This document shows positions 27,345 through 40,600 of a stretch of 64,000 nt of DNA, one piece after another (position 1 is the stretch's first letter; each line of letters starts with the position of its first letter). This DNA comes from Paragordius varius (lineage: Eukaryota > Animalia > Nematomorpha). The notes below the pieces were generated by a model. It saw nothing but the letters and a program-made list of their open reading frames with translations, was not told the origin of the DNA and did no database searches. A program made the position numbers and the translations under genes. The stretch spans positions 682,001 through 746,000 of the forward strand of contig OZ176059.1 in assembly GCA_964247055.1 (NCBI GenBank), in the 5' to 3' direction.

Positions 27345-30300
27345 ATGACTGGTTCAAGTGGACTCGGTGTAAGCAAGTTAAACATCTTCTTTTGTTTAAC
27401 GTGCTTTGCAGTGGTTTTTGTGACATGTCTTTTTGTACTTCCATCATTCTACAGTCAACTCAGTCAAATCCAATCGGAACAGGCTGAGCTGGTCTCATCT
27501 ATGATGACAAAACTCGAAAAACGACAAAAAGTTATTGATAAAATGCACCGAAAACTTGAGGAAATGAGGGTATTTTTTTCATACTTTTTTAAGGCTCATT
27601 TAAACGAGATCATTATAGAATATAATATATTTATCTGTTAAATTGCATATCATAAAAGAAAAATGGTTCTCTTTTATAGTAAAATTAAAATTCTGAAAAC
27701 TTTATCTTTTGAACCAACAAACTCAAATTATAAAAAACATTTTGTCAGTTAATAACAGTACATAATGACTAACATATACATAATTTAATATTACTTTCCA
27801 TCCATATAAAATGATTTAATCGTCTGTTTATGTTGAGATTAAAAATAATAAAAAAAAACAGTTGCTGTATTTCCCCATATAATAATATATTACGATAACA
27901 ATATAATATTTATTCAATATAATAGTTAAATACCAAATTCGATATAAATGATTGATTATTTATATACTGTAATATTTAGGACGAACGATACGAATCCAAG
28001 GTTAATGATTTGAAAACAAAATTATCAAAAGCCAGCGACAGCGTTGAAATGAAAAAACTTCAGCGACGTAGCAAACATCAACAAGTAATTTGAATTATTC
28101 TTCCACATTTTTATGAAAACAACTGTAATCATCAACTATGTGGAAAAAAATGTTAAAATGGATGAAATTATTTTTCAAAATGAAAGAAACTTTATAATTT
28201 ACAGTAAAATTTTATAAGGGGTAAGATTTAAAAAATCTAATTTTAAACTTAAAGAACCGGTTTTATAGTTAAAAATCTGTTAGTTGCTGTAAAGCATAAT
28301 TAAATTTACACGCATTAAGTTGACAGCTATTTACCTTACGATTTCCATTTTAGTTATTTATAATTTATTTAATTAGTTATCTGGCGGTCGTACCAAACGT
28401 CACACTTTCATCCAAGCTGATACCGGCTTGCCAGCCCCGCGTCCCATTGAACGTCCTATAAATGTAGGTGGTGGATCTTTCGGTGCATCAGGAGGACCAC
28501 TTCAAGGAGGTGCAGGTGCTGGTGAATTTGATGCTGGATCAGCTGGTTTCGGATCAGCCGGTTTCGGATCAGCTGGTGGTGCTGGTGCCGGTTTTGGTGC
28601 GGCTGGAGGTCGAGGTGCTGCCATCCGAGCCGGACTCGCCCGGGCTCGGGCTGGTGGAGCTGCAGGCTTTGGCGGCGCGAGAACTGGTGCTTTCCTTCAG
28701 GCCGTTAGTAGCCGAGCTGGTGGCTTCAGCGTACGACGCATTGAAGCTGGTCGTGACGATGCCCATTACCAACGATTAGCAGCTGAATTGGCCCGCACTG
28801 GTGGTGTCACGGAAGTTGGTGAGTGTCACAAAAATTCTTTTTTAACACAGTAATAAAATTCTTATTATTTGAAAATAGGTCCCTCCCAAAATTAACATAA
28901 CACCTAAATATTTATCATAATATATTTTAGATTGTGGATGCCCACATGGTAAAGATGGTGCTCCAGGTCTTCCCGGTCCACCCGGTAACAAAGGACGCCC
29001 AGCAGGCCCAGGTCTTGACGGAAAACCAGGAGAAAGAGGTCGTGATGGAGAACTTGGTGACGCTGGTTTAGATGGACCTCAAGTAAAATTTCTTATGCTT
29101 AATTATCTTATTGACATTTTGAAATAAGATGTTTCAATATTCATATTAAATCATATCTCGATTAATTTTGAAAGGGTCCACCAGGAGCTCCCGGTGCTCC
29201 AGGAAATGACGGACAACCAGGAAAACGAGGAGCTCCAGGACGCCCAGGCGCCCCTTCTATTCCAGGCAAAGATGGTCAACCAGGTGCTGATGGATTACCC
29301 GTATGTTTCTATAAATAATGATAAGTCATATAACGTTATATGCTTCTTGATAAAGTTTAAAATAAAAATTGTTAATAAACCAATTATGTGTTTATATCTG
29401 CCAAGCTTAAAATTGATATGTATTTTTACAGGGTCTACCCGGAACTGATGGTATTCCAGGTGCCGATGGAAATCCCGGTGCTGACGGTATTCCAGGCAAC
29501 GATGGTTTAGATGGTGCCCCAGGCAATCCCGGCAAAGCCGGAACCCCAGGTGCTAAGGGAAGTATTGGACCAAAGGGACCCGACGGACAAGCCGGCCAAC
29601 CAGGTCTAGATGGTCTTCCCGGAAATGATGGTGCTCCAGGTGCTCCAGGACGTGACGGAAACCCCGGGGCTAGTGTTTTGGCACCAGGTCCTCCAGGAGA
29701 CGCTGGCGCTCCTGGACGAGATGGTCAACCCGGTCGCCCAGGCTCAGATGGAAAACCCGGAAGAGATGGTTTCCCGGGTCGTGACGGAAACCCCGGACCA
29801 GATGGTAACCAAGGGCCCTCAGGTCCCCCTGGTCCAGATGGTAAACCAGGAGCACCCGGTAAAGATGGAGCACGTGGGAATGATGGACGCCCAGGAAATC
29901 CAGGGGCAGATGGTAAACCTGGAAATCCAGGACAAAAAGTAAATTTTAATTTTTAAAAAATAATATTTTGTTTATATTATATTGAATATTTTCCAACAAA
30001 ATCATACAGGGTTTCCCCGGACTCCCAGGTCTTGATGGTCAAAATGGTAATGCTGGAAATCCAGGTCGCGATGGTATTCCAGGGCGAGACGGTTTCCCTG
30101 GACAAGATGGTCGACCCGGAGAAGATGGCCAACCAGTAATTTTCATTTAATTTATTAATTTGAATAGAAAAGAGCCAATATTCCTTCTAAACATTAATAA
30201 ATGCTCTTTTTCTATCACTAGGGCAAAAATGGAGAACCAGGTCGCAATGGCAAAGATGGAACCCCAGGAGAACGTGGAGCTGATGGAAAACCAGGTGCCG

Positions 30301-31521
30301 CTGGAAATCCCGGATTCGATGGCAAAGCCGGAGAACCAGGTCGAGAAGGTGCAGCTGGTTTACCCGGAGATTCTGGAGCTCCAGGAGCCGATGGACGGCC
30401 CGGAGGAAAGGGACCAGATGGTGCCCCAGGTCCAAAGGGTGAATTGGGAGCTCCCGGCGAGCCCGGTCGTGATGGACGCCCTGGAAATGATGGGCGACCC
30501 GGTGCCGATGGTCAAATCGGTGGTCCAGGTCCACGTGGGGCCCCAGGTGAAGGTGGATTCCCCGGCAAAAATGGTGAAAAGGGAGCCGCAGGTGCTGCTG
30601 GTAGAGATGGTGAACCAGGAACTTCCGGAAATCCTGGACGAGATGGACCACCCGGTTCCCCAGGTGCTCCAGGAACATGCAAATCTGAATGCCGCGCTGA
30701 CACACGCATTATGTGTACGTACTTAAATTTGCGTGTCATTATATTATTAAAAAAATATAAAAATTTAATATTTATTAATGTCAATTTGTTATTTAGCTCT
30801 TTGCGGTGGCTCCGTTTACTATCATTGGGGTAGTAAAACTTGCGCTGACTCAAACTCACGCTCCAATATCATATTGAGTGGTTATATCGTAGGCGGTGCC
30901 TATGGAGATGACAGACCAGGAGGTGGTCACAATTATCTCTGTTTACCAGAAAATCCGGAACTCAAAGGGTATATATATATATATATATGCATATCCCTAA
31001 AGTGTAGCTTTGTATATTTGGTATTTTTTAATAATAAAATATTTATTACATAAATAAATTAAAAAAATATTGTTAATATACCCAGATTTATCCCAGGATT
31101 TTCTGGACCAGGAAATACACCCTTGTCCGGGTTGTACGGTGCTGAATACCGCATCCATGGTAAATCTAGTCCCTTCATCACACCCATCGGAGTACTCCAG
31201 GGTCAACAAGCCGTATGTGCTATTTGCTACACCTTCCACATGTGCGAACATGTCATGATTCCCGGACACAAGGAATGTCCCAAGAGCATGGTTAAGGAAT
31301 ACTCCGGTTATTTGATGGCTCTTAGCAATAAATTTTCACGATCTGAGTACATTTGTGTTGACCGAACCCCAGATGCCAGTTATGAGGGCGGTCGCCAAGG
31401 TGGTGCCCGTGGTGACATAAGCGGCAGTGCTCTTTTCATCGTAGAAGTTAAGTGCGGAGCTCTCCCGTGCTCTGCTTATCCCGATGGTCGTGAAATTGCT
31501 TGCGTTGTTTGCGGCAAATAA
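27345..31521 (+). CDS. Chimeric collagen, 927 aa: cuticle-collagen-type N-terminus + ~450-aa interrupted Gly-X-Y domain + spongin short-chain collagen (C4-like) NC1 domain
   Basis: Exons 27345-27569, 27980-28084, 28377-28818, 28931-29082, 29175-29300, 29432-29938, 30010-30135, 30222-30714, 30797-30968, 31086-31521 sum to 2784 nt (928 codons, no internal stop). [28 protein letters not shown]; GGRTKR; [13 protein letters not shown]; Gly-X-Y run; GTCKSEC; C-terminal [40 protein letters not shown]....[37 protein letters not shown]. Confidence 0.93.
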
Positions 31522-33130
31522 ATGAAATGAACACACACTTAAAATATTTATTATAATTATAATAATATACACCTGTTTGTTTATTATATATATTTGGATG
31601 CATTTAATCATGCAATTACTGTTTGTTAAACTTAAACTTCCCCCTATTTTTTGTTATTGATAAAATAAATTGATCACAGCATTTACATTATTTTTTATAT
31701 ACGCTTCTAGAGTCATGGTATGAATTGTAAAGATATATTTTTGAATATATATTACAAAATGGCCTTTATTAATAACCAACCAAATTGGTTTGATTTAAGG
31801 TAAAATTGAAACATTTATGCAGTTAATATTTTGAGCATTAAATATTATCAATAGTTTATTAACTTTTATAATATAACAGGTACTGGCAAATTTTAAAAAA
31901 ATTCATCGTTCAAGTGTCTGTATTACAAATAATAATGTGAGTTCTATGGCAAGGATGTTAATTAATTAAATATATATAAATAAATTTTTCGTTCGCAAAA
32001 GCACATTTTGTAATCTTTATAACCTACAATGTGCTTTAAAATTTGGGTTTGACTACTTGTTAAAGGGTCAATTTCTGGAGTTAATTAATTTAAAAAGTTT
32101 TGGAATTTTTAAAGCTAACTAATTTAAAAGTTTCTAGGGGATGCGTGGGAAAAAAATAATCTTTGCTTTTGCACATGTGGTCTATAAATACTAATATTTC
32201 AATATATTGTTGTTCGACCAATTCAAATTCACCCTAAAATAAGTTATATGTTTTTTAAGATTAAAAATTACCTATATTCTTTTATATTTTTAAAAAATGA
32301 AATTTTGTTTAAAATTAAAATAATACTGAAAAAATAATAAACTATGCCATAAAGATATATTTCATTTTACCGAAATTTCATAATTTATTTTTAGGGTGAA
32401 TTTGAATTTTTTACGGGGGAAATTAAATTGGACGGTAAATTCGAATTGTTTAAGGGTGAATTAGAATGGTAAACGGTATAATTGATTAGAATAAAATATG
32501 CATAATAGGTCAATATATGGTTCAAAATTCCACTATCATAGCTGATCTTTGGATGAGGAAATCGACTTTAAAAATTAAAAAATTTGGGTAACTCATTGTG
32601 TTGGGACAACAGATCCCAACACTGATTTTAAACAGTCAGTGGTTTTATAAGTATTTTTATGAATTTTCTTTTTGTTTTCAATTTATTTTGTTATTAATAG
32701 ATATAGTAAAAATTGAAATTATACGGACACAACGACATGTGTGTATTAGCTAAATATAAAAATAATGCAAAACAAACCATTACTGTTATATTAATGTTAT
32801 ATGTGATTTAGATAAAAATTAGCTTGAACTAGAATCAAATAAACAGGATATTTTGCAAAAATGTTGTAAAATAAAAGTGGCGCCGAAGTAGTTTGATATG
32901 GATCATTTTTTCAGGACTAAATTTTATTGAAATATTTTGGCTTATTTTAATTTACAATGGGATAGAAGCATAAATTAATATTAGAACCATTCTATTCGCT
33001 GGTATTTTAATCATACCAATTTAAAAATGGTGTGAAGTCCCTAGATACCCCTTGAATCGAAGGATTATATGCTAAAAAATCGCAATTAATCATAATTACC
33101 AACAAATAACACTGCCACAAAGTAAAGTTT

Positions 33131-33571
33131 TATACCATTATCACCAAGAATGTCCTTGAACACTTCAAGAGCGTCCTAAAACACTTAAAGTTGGTCCTTA
33201 TTTTTAGTTAATTCTCAAAATTTTTATGTTTTAATTTAACCGTAATTTTTGCATTTATTTTTTATTCAAAACCACTATTTTTATTGAATTGTAAATGTTT
33301 TTGTAAAATTGTAAATAATAACCCAAACTTATATAATTTTAGATACGTGTTAGATCATAAATATTTAAAAATATTTTTAAGAAATTAATAAAGATATTAG
33401 GTTTCTAAATGATTAAAAGTGATATTTAAAATTTATGTTAAATATAAATAATAGGTCAAAAATGAAAAAATAGATGAATGATATGCGATTTGATTGATAA
33501 AAGTTGAAAGCAAAACAAAAATAAGACCAACTTGAAGTGTTCAACGACACTTTTGAAGTGCAAATGGTATA
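33131..33571. mobile_element. MITE family A2 copy
   Basis: TATACCATT...GTCCTTGAACACTTCAAG ... GACACTTTTGAAGTGCAAATGGTATA. Confidence 0.75.
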
Positions 33572-34948
33572 TATTGCTACGCGTAATACACCCTAAACAA
33601 TATTACATTTATTATATAAATAAAAAACCATATAATTTATTTCAACCATAATAGTTTTTTTTCCGTTAGCCATAAACGAACGAAAAAAATGATACAATAA
33701 TATAAAACACCATAATGATTGCAAAATAAAACATAATAAAAATTGTTAAAGTTCAGTTAAATTAAATATAAAACAACCTAATCTAAAAGCAAAAAAAATG
33801 ACACAAAAATATATTGGATTAAGTTTAATCAAATCAAAATAAATTAATAATGTAATTTTCTTCTGATTTATGCAGATATGGAGTTACAGTCGAATATTTT
33901 TCAGTATGATATAACAACTTAAAAGATAAGTTTGTAATATAATAATGAATGATATTAACAGACTAATTAAAATATATTATAAATAGCATTTATTATGATG
34001 TGGTGGATATGGATACATATATACAGTGTATGTAAAAAATGAAATTATACAAACGAAAACGTAAAAATTTAACAACACAAATTTTTTTCAAAAAACAACC
34101 ATACTTTTTTAAATCTTGATTTTTTATGATCATAACTCATCGTTTTGAGTAATAAAATAAAAAACGGAGAGGTTACACTCTAAATCATATATTTTAAAAG
34201 GTAATTAACGAGTTTAACGTGAGACATATCAAGGTTTGAAAAAGTATGATTATTTTGTAAAAAAATTGCCTCTTAGTTTTTATGTTTTGACTGTGAATGT
34301 ATAATTTAAATTTTAACTGTAATTAATGCAGGTGTAAGCTCGCTTTTGGGTCTATTAATTTTATTACCACTATTATTACCCTTCGCCCTTCAGGTGAGGC
34401 ACTTCAAAAAACGTAATAAGGATTACTAGCTTTAAAAGTATCATTATGCGGCAAAAAATCGATATTAATTTAAAATTTATATACAAATCTACAATATATA
34501 TGATATATATAATATAATATATTAAAAATTTTGACATCAAATTAATGATATTGCAAACATTATGTTTTATTACATATTCAACAAAAGCGAGAGCGGTGTT
34601 TTTTGAAAACAGACATATATCTTACTATAAAAAATTAGGTGAAAGACTAGCTTCAAGTTGGGTTAAAATATATAAATCTAATATATATTTTTTGAATTAT
34701 ATTGTATTCAATTTCTATTTTGTATACATGGTAACAAAGAAAAATATTAACAATCTACCGCCTAAAATAAAAATGTCAACAAAAAAATTTTCCCAAATAT
34801 GAATTAAAAAGGTCAAAAAAATGTTAAAAAATATTCAATTTTACTTGATTTTCGATATGAATAAAAAAATATGGACAAAATAAAATGATTATATATATAT
34901 ATATGTATGTATGTACATTATTGACTCAAATAAGGGATAGATCTAAAC

Positions 34949-37660
34949 TCATAATCGCCCCTTAACTAAATAGGTGGCAACTTGACCCTTTCCCTTGGCA
35001 TAAACTTCGCCGCGGTATTCGAATTCGAAAAAATCTTGAAGCATGGGTACAACGTGAGCCGGAACCTAGGAATTTTATATATATACATATATATATATAT
35101 AAATATATAATAGTATATTTTATTAATTATACAGTTAGTAATAATTAAAATCATATTAAAAATAAAAAGTAAAAACTAAAATTATATTTCATTTTTAAGT
35201 CATAAGAAACGCTTTTTCAACCAAACGCGAGATTTTTGTTTAATAAAACGCAACATTATTTTCGATTGTCTTTGCATGAGTTGCGTTTGGTTGACAAAAT
35301 GTTGCATTTGTCTGAAAAATGGAATATTAAAACATAATAAAAAAATATATATTTTACAAAGATTATTAGGGTATTTTTTAAAATTTGATTAATATATAGT
35401 ATTGTTTCGGATTGCGAAATAATAGATGTGAATTGACAAAAACATTCAACTTTATTTCGAAATTACAATCATATCGGTTACATAGATGATATACAGTTTA
35501 TAATTCAAATTCACCCTAATAAATTATGTGTTTTCGGGTCCTAATACTCATCATAATTAATATGAAATACTTAATGGCATAGTTTTGTATTTTCAGTGTT
35601 TTAATTTAATAAAAAATATGGGTTATAATTTATAATCATAAAAAACACATATTGTTTGAATTGTAGTTAATATGAATTGCTTTGAAAGGTTGTATTTGAG
35701 GTGTAAATGGTATATCAAGGATTAAACATGTGCTTTTTAATATATAAATAATTTGTCTTTAAACTTTTTAGGTTTAGTTAATTTTAGGCATCAACAAAAT
35801 ATTATAATTTTTAGTTATCAATAAACTGTAGACAGTATACAAAAAAACAACTTTTCCATGTCCTAGTAAATAAATTATATAAATGATGATATAAACCAAT
35901 TACAGTTCAAATTCTTAAACAAATATTACCCTTGTACGATCCAAATTTCCCCTCAAATAAATTATATGTTTTTTAAGATTAAAAATTACCTATATTTTTT
36001 TATATTTTTAAAAGATGTAAAATTAATATAATACTGAAAAATAATAATCTATGCCATAAAAATATATTTCATATTAATAATGAGTTATATTAGCTGTCCA
36101 AAAACAATTAATTTATTTTTAGGGTGAATTTAAATTGTTCAAGGGTAAATTTGAATGTTCGAGGGTGAATTTGAATTGTAAATGGTATATTTACCAATTA
36201 AAATACCATTAAAATAAAATTTTAAACATGTATGAAACATTTGACTCATGTTAAGGGAATTACTTGTATTCGATTTGGGACACCAGTTGAATCCATTCGA
36301 GATGCAATGTTGACAGCGTCGCCCCATATGTCATAATATAATTTAGTGGTACCTTTAATAATGACAAATTATATTCGTATATAATAAAAAGAAATTATAT
36401 ACTACGGACAAAACGGAAATATATAAAAACAAATATTTTTTTTGCAAAGGAAAACGATACTTTTTTAATTTTGTTTTTGTTTCAATATAATTAACTCATT
36501 GTTTATATTGCAAAAGAGATAATAGTGATATATATAATTAGTGATACAATCAATTATATATTTTACAATTGGAGTCAAATAATTAACATAGGGAAAAATA
36601 AGGTTTCATAAAGTATTGTCTCTTTTAAAAAAAATGTCCTTATATTTTTACGCTTTGTCCGTATAATTATTTTACTGTATATTTTATAAGTTTTTCGAAT
36701 TTTATACCCAGTTAAAAACTAATTTTTAATGGACAAAAAAAGAATAAACAAATGGAAAGAGAAAAAAATTCGTTGTTTTAATATTATTATCAATATTTTT
36801 GTCTATAATATTCGAAAAAGCGATTGAAACGCTTTAAGTTAATATACATAAAACGTACATGCATGTCTAGAAAAATTAATTCAGTAAAAATTAGCGTTAT
36901 ATATATTTATATATAATTTAATCCGATATAAAAGATAAAAAAACTTAATTAGCAATTAAAACTATTTTATCCACACCTTAAAAACCGTACATTAGAATGA
37001 TGAAAAAATAGTTTGAGATATGCAATAGTTTGTATAAATTTTGATCATTCATTTTTTTAAATAAAAAAACATAAACGTCAGAGTTTATTCGATTCAATGT
37101 GCATGTGAATAAAATGTACCAATAACTCCGGCCGTTACATCACCCACATTATATCCTATCCGGAGGATAAAATTAAACTCCAACAAGTCACGATTAAAGT
37201 TATCCACAACGTTAAGCATATCAAATGCAAAATCCATCAATGAGATAAGGTGGGAATACTGTTCACGTTTATTCGTTAAACACACTTGTGGGCAAGATGG
37301 TGAGTTCCCTTGTATTGGTTCAAGCAGTTGATTATCCAACATATTTACGTTTTTTTCAACAATAACTTTGTTACTATCCGTATTGACTGTTGTACTGGGG
37401 GGAGGATAGCTGGGGGCATTATCGTTGGTTACTGTGTTGGCTGTGTTCAAGCCACCCGCTGCCATAAACGTACTCCCGATCGTTTTAATCTTTTCGATTT
37501 CACGGTATTCGGGTTTATCCAAGAGCTCATCGAAATCACCAATCACCTCATTCAGGACACGTAGGCACTCCTTACCGCCCTCAAAGCTTTCATCATACAA
37601 CTCATTGAAGTTAACTATGGTGGCAAATATGATACCGACATTCTTATGATTACGTGAGTA
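34949..37660 (-). other. Adenylate cyclase C2a catalytic domain (3 exons)
   Basis: [51 protein letters not shown]. Confidence 0.95.
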
Positions 37661-40600
37661 TTTGGATGTCTCCTTCAGCTGTTCCACCACATGTTTAGGT
37701 ATAATGTTGTGTAGCAACCATTCAGCTTGATTCTTATGCACCAATATGATTTCTTTATCCCGTTGAGCCCGATCACGGCCCTTGAAATTGAGTCGATAAT
37801 TTATCTCGAATTCACGGTTGAGTACTATAACGAGCAGTAGGATAAGTAAAACGCTTATAATCATTTCGATACAAAAGTTTGGGATACCAGTGGCCGATGC
37901 TGTGCGAGCCAAGTTAGATGATGTCCCAATAAATCCATCCTCCGTAATATGAAACACGGGGGCAGATCCATTAGCTAGTAATTAGTGGAGTAAAAATAGG
38001 TCGGTATGTTAAAAATATTTTTTCGTTTAAAAGCTTTAAAAAAAATCATTAAACATTTATACTTGCCCTATCAAACAAAACAAAGGAAAATTAGTTTAAT
38101 CCTCAATTAAAATATACCTTCGTGAGCGATTGTAAAACAACAATAAAAATTTGTGAAAAAAAAACGGTTGAATTAACCATGTCACAAATATATCATCTTA
38201 TACCTGTGTAACTAACAAATGATGTAGTGATTATGCAAGAAAATAGTTAACACAGCTATAAATTATTACTTGGTTGCATTTCAAAATTCATCAATTTTTA
38301 CATAACTCTCTTGCATAAATTATATAAGCAACATTTATTTACCAACCATTTACCTTTTCAAAATTTCGAGAAAAAAATTTCATAATGCATACTGTAATTG
38401 TGGGTGAGCAAAGGTGCAATCAATTGGGCCAAACTTGAATTGGGTGTAGTTTGAGCCGTTTCTGAGGCCCCAGCGGCCGCTAAAATGTTAAACAAATTTT
38501 TCATTGGGGCCGCTAAGCTATGGTTAAGGTAACCCGTGGTGGGTGTCAAATTATATGGTAGCATCATATTTTGATGATTACCGGTCCTTAAGCTACCAAA
38601 TAAAGTTGGGGAGGATGGTTGTTGGTTCGCACTTAGCGTATGATTGGAACTGCTTAGGTGATGATGGTGTCGTGCCGCCACATCACTTATACGGGTAAAG
38701 ACATTGTTAAAGCGTCTATCAGGCAGCGAAAAGTAGTAATACAAATGGGCCGCTAACGTTTTCCCCTGTTGCCTGGGATCCCGTAACAGGGTTATGAATT
38801 TTAGCGGCGGAGGTGGTAAGCAAAACTCTAAGCTAACGAACGTTATAATGACACCCGTAACAAGGAGTGAAAGTAGGGCCTTAATCCATGACAACAGTTG
38901 TACCAGATTGATAAGGTGTAACAAGCTAAGGGCCAACAAGAAATCATAGAATTGTGCTTCGGCAGCCCGGAGCGAAGGTGAGACCCGGAAGTAGGCTATG
39001 AGTAAGGAGGCGGCTGGTAGACTAGCTATGACAAGTCCAAAGACTTGTCGAACCCACCAACGGTTAAATATGTCCCGTGACTTTGCAAGCACGACCGTAG
39101 ATCGACGAGGCCCCGCCCCAGCCCCAAACGATGGCCCAGTGGCGGTAGCTGATGTGCCAGTCTGATAAAAGGGCACAGATGTCCGTGGTCTAGGGTTAAG
39201 CATTAGCGGTGATACGACCTCCCCTTCTTTTTCCTTATCTGAAGAGGCAGGTAGGGGCGGCTCATTGCTAATATTTGGCATTTCTTTGCTACTCTTACTT
39301 TTTTTCTGTTTGGGAAACATGAAAAAGTGTCGTAAACAAAAGTTCCAAGAATCGAAACGTAGCCCACAACACCGAAGCTTACACGGTACCTCGGCCGATC
39401 CAACGTAACAAATCACGCCAAACTCAAAGATGAGGGCAATGGCCCAAAAAGCCATGGTACCAGCATCCATGGGTCTTTCCAACAAGATTAGACAAGCTAC
39501 GTACATGAGTGCCAGGACGATAAAGCTTACACAAACCTCGGTAAACAGGGTAAAATTAGGTGATGAAAATGTGGTCATAGACAAAGCTAGCGCACTGGCT
39601 GAACTCTCTTCACTGCTTTGTGATGAGGTTGAAAGACTCGAGCATGTGCTCGAACTTGAGCTACTACAACTGCAACTTGATGACGATGAATGGCAATCAT
39701 TGGAGGGGAAAGAACATTGGCTATAGCTATTTAAAGTCTCCCCCTTCTTTACAATAGTATTGGTAATGTCAGGTGGTGTTAGAGTTAATTCCTTGGGATT
39801 TTTTACTTTTTTATTGGGCTTATCATTTTTCGTGATTGATGTTGTTGTAGATGGTGATGATAATTCTTCAGAGGTAGGTATGGGTATGTTGAGAGCCGGA
39901 GAGCTAAATATGTATATACAGTAAAATTATATTAATAAATATTGGTTTGCAACATGGAATTTAAATCTTTTGTAGTTAAAATATTTGCATTTTTTTAAAC
40001 AGAACAACGTATTGTTTAAAAGTTTTTTAATTTAACTTTTTTAGCAAACATGATATAAACAATAAACAATCCTTTCACATATACTACTTACTAACTACTT
40101 TTACAGCATATAATTTTGATTTTGTCTATTATATGATAACTTCTTTTAAACAAGATTTGAAAGGCGTAGAATTAAAAAATTTAAGTGATTATACAAAATT
40201 AAATACAGGGAAATAAACTGGAAAACTAAAAGTAATGTGTTATTAAGATGATAGAATTAAACCGTACCCAATTTTCTTGGGTGTGCCTTTAGTAGCCATA
40301 TCATCAGTCGAACTTTCATCAATGATGGGTATACTTTTGTGGGATCCCTCTAAGTAAGGTTTTATTCCAGGAGGTATCATGGCATTTGTATTATCTTGTA
40401 ATGGCTTATTATTATTGTTATTGGGTTTTACATCTATCGTATTCGATAGTGGTTTTTTAGTTTGTGTTTTTGTATCAATAACATCTTCACGTTCTTTCTT
40501 GTGCGATTTTGAACGGTGTCGCCGCTTTTCACTAAATATGTATGTGGTAATATAATGTCATAAGATAACTCTAAAATATGTATATACCATTTAAACTTCA

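Noticed and set aside
28468-30859. Long alternative-frame and antisense ORFs over the collagen (28468-28779, 29610-29942, 30160-30726, 30187-30705, 30512-30859)
   Set aside because: These are shadow frames of GC-rich Gly-X-Y codons, which are naturally stop-poor; they have no independent splice logic or recognisable product.
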